Assembly: GCF_963921235.1 (NCBI RefSeq)
Contig: NC_086097.1
Coordinates: forward strand, 186,746,001 to 186,810,000
Direction of reading: 5' to 3'
DNA from: Mobula hypostoma
Lineage: Eukaryota
Length of the DNA stretch: 64,000 nt
The notes under the pieces are model-generated. The model saw only the letters and a list, made by a program, of their open reading frames with translations. It had not been told where the DNA came from and did no database searches. Of this stretch, positions 1-13,243 are shown in pieces. Position numbers and translations under genes: made by a program. The first letter of the stretch is position 1, and every line of letters begins with the position of its first letter.

Positions 1-930
1 ACACCGGCAAACCTGCTGCCATGCATGGTTATCACAGTGCTCTACTTTCTCTACACCTATGAGTTTGTGATTAGGTTTAGCTCAAATGTCATCTAAGTTT
101 GCTGATGACGCCACTGTTGTTGGCAGAATTTCAGGTTGGGATGTGGAGGCATACAGGAGTGAGAGAGATCAGCTAGTTGAGTGGTCTGGCAACAACAACC
201 TTGCAGTCAATGTCAGTAAGACCAAGGAATTGATTGTGGACTTCAGGAAGGGAAATCAGTCTTCATGGAGAGATCAAAAGTGGGAAGGTGAGTAGTTTCA
301 AGTTAATGGGTGTCAACATCTCTGAAGATCTATCCTGGGCCCAACCTATTGATGAAATTACAAAGAAAGCATGACAGTGGCTGTATTTCATTAGGAGTTT
401 GGGGAGATTTGGTATGTCACCAAAGACACTTTCAAATTTCTACAGGTGTATCATGGAGAGCATTTTACAAGTTGCATTGTCATCTGGTATGGAGAAGCCA
501 CTGCAGAGGATCGGGAAGAAACTCAGAAAGTTGTAAACTCGGCCAGCTTCACCATAGGCACTAGCCTCTCTGGCGCTAAGGACATCTTCAAAAGGTGATG
601 ACTCAAAAAGACGACATCCATCTTTAACATCCTCATCATCAAGGACATTCCCTCTTCTCATTGCTACCATCAAGGAGGAGCATGAAGACATACATTCAAT
701 ATTTTAGAAACAACTTCTTCCCCTCCACCATTAGTTTCTGAATGGTCAATGTACCCATGTATACTGCCTCATTATTTTTCCCCTCTCTTTTTGCACTACA
801 TATTTAATTTCATTTTTAATATAGCTATTTTTATTGAAATTTATAGTGGTTTTTATTATGTATTGCACTGCTGCCACAAAACAACAAATTTCTTAGCATA
901 TGCCGGTGATGTCAACCTGATTCAGATTCT
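1..930 (+). mobile_element. Rex/Babar-type LINE, degenerate 3' part
   Basis: KFADDATVVGRIS...NNLAVNVSKTKELIVDFRK RT remnant; ends in GATTC(A/T)-type tail near 918-930. Confidence 0.75.
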
Positions 931-1069
931 CTTGTATCTCCAATAAATGTTTCTCGTTGTAGAGAAGGTTGAGTTTAACTTAGGAAGAATTACATTTTTG
1001 ACTGTACCTTGCAAAACTGTAAGAAACAATATTTCTAAACTCAAAACATTAAAATATTTAAATTACCTA

Positions 1070-1295
1070 CCTTTCCATTCTCACTTAGTTTCACCTAACA
1101 CTCACCAACTTGAGATCCTTCCCCTCTTCCCACACTTTTATTCTGGTTTATGTTCTCTTTCTTTCCAGTCCCGAAGAAAATTTTCAGTCGAATCATCAAC
1201 TGTTCATTTCCCTTCATAGATGCTACCTGACTTGCTGAGTTCCTCCAGCATTTTGTGTGTGTTGTTCAAGGTTTCCAGCATCTGCAGAATCTCTG
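1070..1295 (+). mobile_element. Penelope-like element terminal fragment
   Basis: gatgctacctgacttgctgagttcctccagcattttgtgtg...ttccagcatctgcaga, shared with copies near 25070, 25780, 26350, 48735, 50450 and 61030. Confidence 0.6.
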
Positions 1296-1519
1296 GTGTT
1301 TATGCTTTAAATTTATATTTGATTTCTTTACCCAGGAATTTTATTTGTGCCATATTGATTTTAATTAAAATACTCTCCAAAGAATCAAATGTGAAAACTG
1401 ATGCAAAAAATAAACCACTGTAAGAACTAAGCAACATCTGTGGAGGCAAAAGGGAGATCAGTCTATAAGATCAGAATTTTACTTGGTCGTTCTATTCCCT
1501 TTCTGTGAGGCAAGCAGCT

Positions 1520-2570
1520 CAGAATTGAATTGAATTGACTTTATTTCTTACATTCTTCACATTCATGAGTAAAAATCTTTTACATTATGTCTCTGGCTAA
1601 ATGTGCAATGTGCAATCTTAGTAATTTATAATAATTTATAATAAATAGAACAGCCAATGTAACATAGAAATACACACAAATCATGTGAGTTAATCAGTCT
1701 GATGGTCTGGTGGAAGAAGCTGGTCCAGAGCCTGTTGGTCCTGGCTTTTATGCTGCGGTACCGTTTCCTGGATGGTAGCAGCTGGAGTAGATTGTGGTTG
1801 GGGTGACTCGGGTCCTCAATGATCCTTCAAGCCCTTTTTATACACCTGTCTTTGTAAATATCCTGAATCGTGGGAAGTTCACAACTACAGAAGCACTGGG
1901 CTGTTCGCAACACTCTCTGCAGAATCCTACGATTAAGGGAGGTACAGTTCCCATACCTGGCAGTGATGCAGCCAGTCATGATGCTGTCAATTGTGCCCCT
2001 GTAAAAAGTTCTTAAGATTTGGGGGCCCTGTACAAAACTTCCTCAACCGTCTGAGGTGAAAGAGGTGCTGTTGAGCCTTTTTCACCACGCAGCTAGTGTA
2101 CGGACCATGTGAGATCCTCAGTGATGTGGATGCTGATGAACTTGAAGCTCTTTACCCTCTCAACCCCAGATCCAATAGGGGTTAGCCCGTCTCCATTCCT
2201 CTAGTAATCCACAACCAGCTCCTTTGATTTTGCAACATTGAGGGAGAGGTTGTTTTCTTGACACCATTGTGTCAGAGAGATGATTTCTTCCCTCTAGGCC
2301 ACCCTGTTATTGTTTGAGATGAGGCCAATCAATGTAGTGTCGTCGGCAAATTTAATTAGCAGATTAGAGCTGTGGGTGGTGACACAGTTATGGGTAGACA
2401 GGGAGTAAAGGCGGGGATTCAGTACACAGCCCTGAGGGATTCCTGTGTTGAGAGTCAGATGGGTGGAGGTGAGGGAGCCCACTCTTACCACCTGCTGGTG
2501 ATCTGACAGGAAGTCCAGGATCCAGCCGCACAAAACGGGGTCAAGGCCGAAGTCTCTGAGCTTCCTGTCA
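1520..2570 (-). mobile_element. Rex/Babar-type LINE fragment
   Basis: WILDFLSDHQQVVRVG...TGIPQGCVL...KFADDTTLIGLIS; (CAATT)n tail on - strand near 1522-1538. Confidence 0.8.
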
Positions 2571-2675
2571 AGAAGATAGTGAACTGAAAAAGATGCTAAA
2601 AACCATGATTTGATTGTATACTAAAATATCCTGTGTTATACTTTGTCAGTGTAATATATGTTTTCTTATCCTCAG

Positions 2676-2835
2676 GGTAGAATATAAACCCCTGATCGTA
2701 AGCTCTTCCTGTTTGGATGGGCCGGTTAAAATTGCACTGAACCAATCAATCCAATGTCTTGGAGGTCATGTTACCAACAGTTGGATAGAGGATAACACTC
2801 ACCTTGTTATGTCATCAGTAAAGGTTACAGTGAAG
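2676..2835 (+). CDS. NBN: Nibrin exon (human exon 4 equivalent, BRCT1)
   Basis: ctcag|G...GTGAAG|gttagt, 160 bp; [54 protein letters not shown] resembles human RIEYEPLVACSSCLD...THLVMVSVKVTIK. Confidence 0.95.
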
Positions 2836-2997
2836 GTTAGTTGAATTTAGCACAGTAAATTGCTGTTTCATTCTACTAGGTTTTATGGGAAATGTCACAA
2901 AAGTTTGGAAGTACAGTATCAGAGTATTACTAGAACTACAGTAACAATTCATTGTTAATTAGCAGTGCCACCAACTGAGACAGATACTTGAGATTTC

Positions 2998-5900
2998 AAT
3001 AGACAATAGGTGCAGAAGTAGACCATTCGGCCCTTCGAGCCTGCACCACCATTCTGAGATCATGGCTGATCATCTACTATCAATACCCGGTTCCTGCCTT
3101 GTCCCCATAACCCTTGATTCCCTATCCATAAGATACCTATCTAGCTCCTTCTTGAAAGCATCCAGGGAATTGGCCTCCACTGCCTTCTGAGGCAGCACAT
3201 TCCACACCTCCACAACTCTCTGGGAGAAGAAGTTCCTCCTCAACTCTGTCCTAAATGACCTACCCCTTATTCTTAAACCATGCCCTCTGGTACTGGACTC
3301 TCCCAGCATCTGGAACATATTTCCTGCCTCTATCTTGTCCAATCCCTTAATAATCTTATATGTCTCAATCAGATCCTCCCTCAATCTCCTTAATTCCAGC
3401 GTGTACAAGCCCAGTCTCTCTAACCTCTCTGCGTAAGACAGTCCGGACATCCCAGGAATTAACCTAGTGAACCTACGCTGCACCTCCTCCACAGCCAGGA
3501 TGTCCTTCCTTAACCCTGGAGACCAAACTGCACACAATACTCCAGGTGTGGTCTCACTAGGGCCCTGTACAAATGCAAAAGGATTTCCTTGCTCTTGTAC
3601 TCAATTCCCTTTGTAATAAAGGCCAACATTCCATTAGCCTTCTTCACTGCCTGCTGCACTTGCTCATTCACCTTCAGAGACTGATGAACAAGTACTCCTA
3701 GATCTCTTTGTATTTCTCCCTTACCTAACTCCACACCATTCAGATAATAATCTGCCTTCCTGTTCTTGCTCCCAAGGTGAATAACCTCACATTTATTCAC
3801 ATTAAACGCCATTTGTCAAGTTTCTGCCCACTCACCCAGCCTATCCAAGTCACCTTGAATTCTCGTAACATCCTCATCACGTGTCACACTGCCACCCAAT
3901 TTAGTATCATCAGCAAACTTGCTGATGTTATTCACAATGCCTTCCTCTAAATCATTGACGTAAATTGTAAACAGCTGTGCTCCCAATACCGAGCCCTGTG
4001 GCACCCCACTAGTCACCACCTGCCATTCCGAGAAACACCCATTCACTGCTACCCTTTGCTTTCTATCTGCCAACCAGTTTTCTATCCATGTCAATATCCT
4101 CCCCCCAATGCCATGAGCTCTGATTTTACCCACCAATCTCCGATGTGGTACCTTATCGAATGCCTTCTGAAAGTCAAGGTACACCATATCCACTGGATCT
4201 CCCGCGTCTATCTTCCTGGTTACATCCTCGAAAAACTCCAATAAATTAGTCAAGCATGATTTGCCCTTGGTAAATCAATGCTGGCTCGGCCCAATCCTAT
4301 CACTGCTATCAAGATATGCCACTATTTCATCTTTAATAATGGACTCTAGCATCTTCCCCACTACTGATGTTAGGCTAGCAGGGCAAGAGTGCTCTGTTTT
4401 CTCCCTCCCTCCTTTCTTAAAAAGTGGGATAACATTAGCCATTCGCCAATCTGCAGGAACTGATCCTGAATCTAAGGAACATTGGAAAATGATCACCAAT
4501 GCATCAGCAATTTCCAGAGCCACCTCCTTTAGTACCCTAGGATGCAGACCATCTGGACCTGGGGATTTGTTAGCCTTCAGTCCCATCAGTCTACTCATCA
4601 CCGTTTTCTTCCTAATGCCAATCTGTTTCAGTTCCTCTGTTACCCTATGTCCTTGGCCCATCCAGACATCTGGGAGATTGCTTGTGTCTTCCCTAGTGAA
4701 GACAGATTCAAAGTACTTAATAAATTCGTCTGCCATTTCTCTGTTACCCATAACAATTTCTCCCAATTCATTCTTCAAGGGCCCAACTTTGTTCTTAACT
4801 ATCTTCCTTCTCTTCACATACCTAAAAAAAACTTTTGCTATCTTCCTTTATATTCCTAGCTAACTTGCGTTCATACCTCATTTTTTCTCCTCGTATTGCC
4901 TTTTTAGTTAAGTTCTGTTGCTCCTTAAAAATTTCCCAATCATCCGTCTTCCCACTCACCTTAGCTCTGTTATACTTTTTTGTTATACTTTTTTAATGCT
5001 ATGCTATCTCTGACTTCCTTTGTCAACCACTGTGGCCACTTTCCCCCCTTTGAATCCTTCCTTCTCCGGGGGATGATCTGATTTTGCACCTTGTGCATTA
5101 TTCCCAAGAATACCTGCCATTGCTGTTCCACTGTCTTTTCTGCTAGGATATCCGACCAGTCAACTTTGGCCAGCTCCTCCCTCATTGCTCCATAATCTCC
5201 TTTGTTCAACTGCAATACTGACACTTCTGATCTGCCCTTATTCCTCTCAACTTGCAGATAAAAACTTATTATGGTCACTACCTCCCAATGGCTCCTTTAC
5301 TTTAAGATCACTTATCAAATCCTGTTCATTGCACAACACTAAATCCAGAATAGCCTTATCCCTGGTCGGCTCTTGTACAAGCTGCTCCAAAAATGCATCG
5401 CGTAGGCACTCTACAAACTCCCTATCCTAGGGTCCAGTACCAACCTGATTTTCCCAGTTCACCTGCATGTTGAAATCCCCCATAACTACTGCGACATTTC
5501 CTTTGCCACATGCCATTGTTAACTCTCTATTCAACTTGCACCCAATATACATGCTATTGTTTGGGGGCCTATAGATAACACCTATTAGGGTCTTTTTGCC
5601 TTTACTGTTCCTCAGTTCCATCCACACTGACTCTACTTCTCCTGATTCTATGTCCCCCCCTAGCAAGGGACTGAATCTCATTCCTCACCAACAGGGCCAC
5701 CCCACCCCCTCTGCCCATCTTTCTGTCCCTTCGATAGCACGTATACCCTTGTACATTCAATTCCCAGGTCTGATCCCCCTGCAGCCATGTCTCAACAACA
5801 ACATCATAGTTACCCATTCGCACCTGAGCTTCAAGCTCATCCGCCTTATTTCTGACACTTCGTGCATTCAGATATAGAATTTTTAACCCATTTCTCCTCT

Positions 5901-6565
5901 CTCTGTTTAAATCGCTGCCTATTGTGCATAACCCAGCTCCCCGAACTCTCACCGGGCTATACGCCCCTTGAATTTTGTTGTCCTTCTTAAATTTACTTAC
6001 TCTTTCTGCACATTTAACTCCATGCTCCGTCAGACCATCCCTCTGCACATGTATCCTCCTTATCACTCGTTCCGCCTCACCTTTCTCTACTTCAGACTTA
6101 ATATTCCGGAACTGTGTAGTCCCCACCTGTCCTTTATACTTCATCTCGCTATCCTCTCTCACATTCTGGATCCCTGCCCCCTGCAAATTTAGTTTAAACC
6201 CCCCCAAGCAGCACTAGCAAACTTTCTTGCAAGAATGTTAGTACCCCTCCAGTTCAGGTGTAAACCGTCCCGTCGGAACAGATCCCACCTTCCCTGGAAC
6301 AAAGCCCAATTATCTAAAAACCTGAAGCCCTCCCTCCTGCACCATCCTCTCAGCCACGTATTGATCTGTATAATCCTTCTGTTCCTCGCCTCACTCGCAC
6401 GTGGCACAGGTAGCAATCCTGAGATTGTTACCCTGGAGGTCCTGCCCTTCAGCTTCACACCTAACTCCCTGAACTCACTACGCAGGACCCCCTCACTCTT
6501 CCTACCCACGTCGTTGGTCGCTACATGGACCACAACATCTTGATTCTTGCCCTCCCTCTCCAAGC
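2998..6565 (-). mobile_element. CR1 LINE, 5'-truncated within ORF1, frameshifted ORF2
   Basis: ORF1 esterase-like end (VVVHVATNDVG...DGLHLN), endonuclease (LYLNARSV, ETWL, MGDFN), RT (GVPQGSVLG, KFADDTK), CTATTGT-type tail. Confidence 0.93.
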
Positions 6566-7496
6566 GTTCATTTACTTTTTAAAATCTTAAACACATGGGA
6601 AACAGGAGTAGACCATGTCACTTTTAAGCCTGTAACTTTGCAGTGTTTCTTGTGCATCAGTCATTTTTCTGCTAAATCTCCATAATATCAGGCTCATTTG
6701 AAATTTCTCATCTTGGCTGCTAAATGGCTAACCCCTGAGATCCTAATTTTGAAAAGGAGAAATGCTTACACTTTGAAAACATTATTGAGCACTTTCAGTA
6801 TTAACATGTCTGTTCAAAGTCAAAAAAACGGTGTGTTTTGTAAGGAGATGTATGGTGTGGCCTGAAGAATAACCTTTTACCTTCCCTAATACATCGCTGA
6901 TGAATTTTATTTAGGAGCATTTTTTAGCATGACCTGAAAAGTTTAGGATCATACAACATGGCAACAGATCTCGAGACCCACTGTCCATGCTGACAATCAA
7001 GCACCTAATTAAACTAATCATACACAAACCCCATTTTGTTCTGCCCACGTTCTCTGATCAACTTCCTCCAGATTCTGCTATTCACTTATGTACTACTGGC
7101 TATTTAACCTGCCAACCCACTTCCCTGCTTTTAAAGAAATGTTCTTGAAAAATAGTTAGAAGACCTCAAGTGTCATTTTTTTTGCAGTAAATGGAAATGC
7201 TTGCATTTTCTGTTTGCCTATATTTATCAGTCATTTGTACTTATTCTGTGATGTATAATTTGAGCTAATCACGTTTTTGAAAAGTTCGTTTGAATTGTGA
7301 TGAACCAAAAGCATGAAGTCAAGTCTTAATCATGTATCAAATAGATTCTGGAAAGAACTTAGAAACACTTCAATTTCTTGAACAAATTATTGTTCATCTG
7401 CTTTTGTTAAGGAAATATGTTAGTTCATATGGATGACAATATTAACATAACAGTTCGGTGCCATACATAATAATAATTCATATCTTTGCTTTTAAG

Positions 7497-7600
7497 ACTA
7501 TATGTGCATTAATCTGTGGTCGACCAATAGTAAAGCCAGAATTCTTTGTTGATCTTATTGAAGCAATCCGAAATAAAGGACAACTTCCCAATTCAGAAAG
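7497..7600 (+). CDS. NBN: Nibrin exon (exon 5 equivalent)
   Basis: tttaag|ACT...GAAAG|gtagca, 104 bp; [34 protein letters not shown]. Confidence 0.95.
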
Positions 7601-8809
7601 GTAGCATGAATTTATCATTTTCTTTAAATGTTTATAATATATTCTTAATAGAATCTTATGGTTTTAATACGTACAACATGTGTGAACGATTTAAAATATT
7701 GGTTAGAAGTTGAGAGTAGAGAATGAAAATCAATGGGGCAGAAGTCCCTTGATTTTTATTATGTACTCTCATTGAAATTGTTAAATCAAGTGGTATGCTA
7801 TTTTTAATTCCTTATTTTACTATGGTGTGTGGTTACATTGTTCTAAAAAGATTATAGCTCACATATTTTATGACGTACCATGAAATGAACTTCCTTAAAG
7901 AATATATAAAATTGTTCTTTTTAAAAATTTCAAGCATCTTAAAAATAAGAAAAGTGACACCAAAAAATGATAGAAAATGGATGAGCGGAGGTAAAGGAGT
8001 GTAAAACAGGACATGAATAAGCAAGGTTTATTGTGACATCAACTGGTATGCCACATCTGTAGATAAAGGTGTAATCTGAACATGTATTCAAGAAAAGGTT
8101 CATAAGAACAGAAATAGTTGACAACGTTCCATAGATCAAAGCAAGGAACCAAGAAGGAAAAAAGTGGGTTCTTTTATAATTTAGTCTTTCAGTCTGTTAT
8201 AATCTAGGAATGGAAAATTACTCTTGCATATCCAAAGTTGACAGAAATGTTTGCACTACAGAATCCCTACTGTGAGGCAAATGCTGAGCTCTGAAATTCT
8301 TTTGAAAAGGCCTTGTCGCTGATACAACAGTCCACAATCTCTAAAACCAGACTAAACACCAGACCAAGCTAATGGAAAAAACTCTATGTCTGTGAACCTT
8401 GTCAGTTATAAGGTATCCACTAAGGCAAATTATTTGAATTTGAACTCCATCCTACCATTGATTTATTAATGCCTGTCAATTTTTCTACAGCCGTACCTTG
8501 TCCTTTTCTCCTCCTTGAAGCTTTATAAGACACTATAATTTTGATTGGCTTTTGATTAGCTAAGGAATGTTCAAATGAAGATCAGTTCAATTTCTGGCGG
8601 GTGTTGATATGAGATACTGAACACTGATACGGTTGAGAATTGTGCACTGGTGCATGATGCAAAATTAAACTGCCAGGGGGTAAAGCACAACTTCAAAACA
8701 ACATTTCAGTTGCTTCTCCAGTTAAGAAATATATTTTACTGACAAACTCGTTCTTAATTGTTTATCATTTAAACTCTGGTGTTTCATGTTTCACATTTTG
8801 TCTTGGCAG

Positions 8810-8927
8810 TTATGTCCCACCCATTGATGAACCTAGCATCAAACCTGGAGAACTAGATGTCACAGTGAAACCAGAAAGAAAATCAATTTTTAGTGGCAAG
8901 ACATTCTTCTTTTTAAATGAAAAACAG
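8810..8927 (+). CDS. NBN: Nibrin exon (exon 6 equivalent)
   Basis: ggcag|T...AAACAG|gtaaat, 118 bp; SYVPPIDEPSIKPGELDVTVKPERKSIFSGKTFFFLNEKQ. Confidence 0.95.
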
Positions 8928-9135
8928 GTAAATGAGACTTTTAGAAGAGAAAATAATCCATAAAGGAATTTGATTTAATAGTGACCATAAACACTTAATG
9001 AAATATTTATTCTTATTAGGTAGATAGATAGATAGATATACTTTATTGAACCTGAGGGAAATTGGGTTTCGTTACAGCTGCACCAACCAAGAATAGAGCA
9101 TAGCTATAGCAATACAAAACCACAAGCAATCAGAC

Positions 9136-9423
9136 TGTAGCGGTGTGCTACACACAGCGCTAGAATGATGACACGTAGTCGGCAAGTTGGAGTTGCGGTA
9201 AAAGAGATTTATTCGAACTTCGCGGCCTCCTTTAAAGCCTTCCCGTTCCCACCCTCCCCGGGCGGGACTGCTGTGGGGAATGCATATTTGCAAACCCTTC
9301 CCGCGCGCGGGATTTTCCCCCTGTTGGTGAAGATGGCCTGGCGCCCTTTTTGGGGCTAGCCTCTCTGCTGGCGCGCGCTGTTTCGTGAGCCGGTTCGAGT
9401 GTGCTCGAAAGTGGGTCGCCACA
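9136..9423 (-). repeat. 3' LTR, preceded by polypurine tract
   Basis: Direct repeat of 13244..13524; GGGGCAGGGAGGGGGCTTA lies immediately before it on the - strand. Confidence 0.95.
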
Positions 9424-12400
9424 TAAGCCCCTCCCTGCCCCCAGAACCGGCGATACATCCCCCAGTGTCCGCAGTCTGGATCAGCCTCTGTTTGGGAGGT
9501 CTGCCTCTGAGCCACGGTGCCTGAGCCCGTAGCGGCTACGCCAAGTCCACATGGGCCAGTTTGAGTTGGTCCACCGTGAAAACCTCCTCTCTCCCCCCCA
9601 GTGTCCAGCACGAACGTGGACCCGTTATTCCTGATCACCTTAAACAGCCCCTCATAGGGCCGCTGTAGCGGTGCCCGGTGTCCGCCCCGTCGTACAAAAA
9701 GAAACTTACAGTTCTGCAGGTCTTTGGGTACGCAGGCCGGGTTCTGTCCCTGCTGTGAAGTGGGTATGGGGGCTACGTTACTGAGCCTCTCACGTAGTCT
9801 GTCCAGGACTGCTGCGGGTTCTTCCTCTTGCCCCCTTGGGGCCGGTATGAACTCTCCTGGGACTACCAGGGGTGCACCGTACACCAACTGGGCCGACAAG
9901 GTGTGCAGATCCTCCTTGGGCGCCGTGCGGATTCCGAGCAGGACCCAGGGAAGCTCGTCCACCCAGTTAGGCCCTTCCAGGCGGGCCATGAGAGCTGACT
10001 TCAGGTGATGGTGGAAGCGTTCCACTAGTCCATTCAACTGTGGGTGGTAGGCAGTTGTGTGGTGTAGCTGTGTTCCTAAAAGGCTGACCATAGCTGACCA
10101 AAGGCTGGTGGTGAACTGGGCGCCTCTGTCGGAGGTAATGTGGGCTGGTACCCGGAAGCGGGCTACCCAGGTTGCGATCAGTGCTCGGGCGCAGGATTTG
10201 GAGGTGGTGTCGGTGAGCGGGACTGCCTCTGGCCATCTGGTGAACCGGTCTATCATAGTTAGGAGGTACCGCGCTCCTCGTGACACTGGCAGGGGCCCCA
10301 CAATATCCACATGAATGTGGTTGAAACTCCGGCTGGTGGGTTCGAACTGCTGCGTTGGAGCCTTGGTGTGCCGCTGCACCTTGGCCGTTTGGCACTGCAT
10401 GCACGACGTTTTGGCCCATTCATTGACCTGTTTACGAAGTCCATGCCAAACGAACCTGTTGGAGACCAGCCGGACGGTTGTCCTGATGGAGGGGTGCGCT
10501 AAGTTGTGAAAGGAGTCGAAAAACTCGCTGCCACCAGGCTTCCAGGACAATGGGGCGGCGTTGGCCGGTAGCTACGTCACACAGTAGAATCCTCTCACCT
10601 GGGCCTACGGGGAGGTCTTAGAGCTGCAAACCGGAGACCGCAGTTCTGTAACTAAGGATCTCATCGTCTGCCTGCTGTGCCTCCGCCAGCGCTGCATAGT
10701 CCACCCCCGTGACAATGCCTGTATGGTGGGTCTGGACAGTGCGTCCGCCACGACTTTGTCCTTTCCCGAGATATGCCGGATGTCCGCCGTGTATTCAGAG
10801 ATGTAGGACAGATGTCGCTGCTGGCGGGAAGACCAGGGGTCGGACACCTTAGTGAACGCAAAGGTAAGCGGTTTGTGGTCCGTGAACGCGATGAAGGGCC
10901 TACCTTCTAAGAAGTAACTGAAATGCTGGATTGCCAGGTATAGTGCCAATAGCTCCTGGTCGAGAGCACTGTATTTGAGTTCGGGTGGTCATAGGTGTTT
11001 GCTGAAGAATGCCAGGGGTTGCCAGCGACCCTCGATGAGTTGCTCCAGCATTCCACCAATTGCTGTGTTCGATGCGTCCATCGTGAGGGCAGTAGGAACG
11101 TCCGCTCTGGGGTGCACTAGCATCGCGGCGTTTGCCAAGACTTCTTTGGTTTTAACGAAAGTGGCCGCGGCCTATTCATCCCAGGTAATGTCCTTGCCCT
11201 TACCCGACATCAGGGTGAACAGGGGGCGCATGATTCGGGCTGCTGAGGGGAGGAAACGGTGGTAGAAATTCACCATACCCACGAATTCCTGCAGGCCTTT
11301 GGTTGTGTTGGGTCGGGGGAAGTGGCGGACCGCATCTACCTTGGCGGGCAGAGGGGTTGCCCCATCTTTAGTAATCCTGTGGCCCAGGAAGTCGATGGTG
11401 TCGAGTCCGAACTGGCATTTGGCCGGGATGATTGTAAGGCCGAATTCGCTCAGTCGGGCGTAGAATTGACGGAGGTGGGACAGATGCTCCTGACGACTAC
11501 TGCTGGCTATGAGGATGTCGTCCAAATAGATGAATGCAAGGTCCAGGTCGCGTCCCACCGTGTCCATTAGCCGCTGGAACGTCTGTGCGGCACTCTTTAG
11601 GCCGAATGGCATTCGGAGGAATTCGAAAAGACCGAACGGGGTGATGAGTGCTGTTTTGGGGATGTCGTCAGGATGTACCGGGATTTGATGGTATCCCCGG
11701 ACAAGATCTACCTTGGAAAAGATCCTTGCGCCGTGTGGGTTTGCTGCAAAGTCTTGAATGTGCGGCACAGGGTAGCGGTCTGGCGTTGTAGCCTCTTTCA
11801 GCCTACGGTAGTCGCCGCATGGTCTCCAGCCCCCCCCCCCCCAGTTGCCTTGGGCACCATGTGCAGGTGGGAGGCCCATGTGCTGCCGGACTGTCATATG
11901 ATCCCCAATTCCTGAATCTTCTTGAACTCCTCCTTCGCCAGTCGGAGCTTGTCCAGGGGGAGCCTTCGAGCACGGGCGTGGAGGGGTGGTCCCTGGGTCG
12001 GGATGTGGTGCTGTACTCCGTGTCTGGGCACGGCTACCGTGAACTGCAATGTCAGAATTGATGGGAAATCCGCCAGGACCCTGGTGATTTCGTCGGACAG
12101 CGTGATGGAGTCCAGGTGTGGGGCTGGCAACTTGGCTTCACCCAGGGAGAATGTTTGAAAAGTCTTGGCGTGGACTAGTCACTTCCCTTGCAGGTCTACC
12201 AGCAGACTGTGAGCTCGTAGAAAATCCGCCCCCAGGAGTGGTTGTGCCACGGCGGCCAGTGTGAAGTCCCACGTGAACCGGCTGGTGCTGAACTGTAGCC
12301 GCACCGTGCGGGTGCCGTAGGTCCGTATTGTGCTGCCATTTGCGGCCCTCAGGGTGGGTCCCAGTTCTCTGTTGCGGGTGTCATAACTCGTTGGAGGTAA

Positions 12401-12480
12401 AACGCTGATCTCCGCTCCAGTGTCGACCAAAAAGCGGCGTCCCGACTGTTTGTCCCAGACATACAGGAGGCTGTCCTGAT

Positions 12481-12526
12481 GGCCAGCCGCCATAGCCATC
12501 AGCGGTGGCTGGCCCTGGCGTTTCCC
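12481..12526 (-). promoter_or_regulatory. gag-pol -1 ribosomal frameshift signal
   Basis: G GGA AAC heptamer in gag frame, 5-nt spacer, GC-rich stem GGCCAGCCACC/GGCGGCTGGCC; protease ORF is in the -1 frame. Confidence 0.8.
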
Positions 12527-13243
12527 AGGAATTTGCAGGGCGGTCTACAGCGGCGGGCCTCTGTGCCCCACCGCTGGTGGTAGAAGCACCATTGTTCGTT
12601 GGGCTCCTCACTCCTGTCGCTGGGTTTTGTAGGCTCTGCTGCCGGGCCTGGTCTGGTCTGCCGTTGGGCACGCGGCTTGGTGATCTGTGCGACAGACGCC
12701 CCTCTCTCCTTCCTGGCATTCCACAGCACATCTGCCCGGGCCGCCACCTCCCGGGGGTGGCTGAAATCTGCATCGGACAGCAGCAGGCATATGTCCTCGG
12801 GCACTTGCTCTAGGAACGCCTGCTCAAACATGAGGCAGGGTTTGTGTCCTTTAGCCAGGGCCAGCATTTCGTTCATTAATGCTGACGGCGGCCTGTCTCC
12901 CAAACCATCCAGGTGTAGTAAGCGGGCAGCTTGCTCGCGCCGTGAGAGTCCGAAAGTCCTTATGAGCAGGGCTTTGAATGCTGTGTATTTGCTGTCCTCC
13001 GGGGGCAACTGTATAAACTCCTCAACTTGCGCAGCTGTCTCCTGATCGAGGGAGCTCAGCACATAGTAGTAACAAGTGGAATCGGAGGCTATCTGCCGAA
13101 TGTGGAATTGGGCTTCTGCTTGTTTGAACCATAAGAGGGATCGCAGCGTCCAGAAGCTTGGCAGTTTTCATGAAACTGCATGAACAGATGCCGCGTCGGT
13201 TATCTCTGGTCCAAATATCGTTTGGACCATCAGTGTCACCAAT

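Noticed and set aside
4056..6543. Many + strand ORFs of 60-200 aa overlapping the CR1 (same pattern over other LINEs and the Gypsy element)
   Set aside because: Antisense or off-frame shadows of transposon ORFs with no domain signature
6189..6563. SGNH/GDSL esterase-like ORF as a host gene
   Set aside because: It is the known esterase domain of CR1 ORF1p, directly upstream of CR1 ORF2
9072..9600. Long C-terminal extension of the 492-aa integrase ORF as an extra domain
   Set aside because: A frameshift after TFVLDTGG makes it read through the PPT and 3' LTR; no env or chromodomain signature
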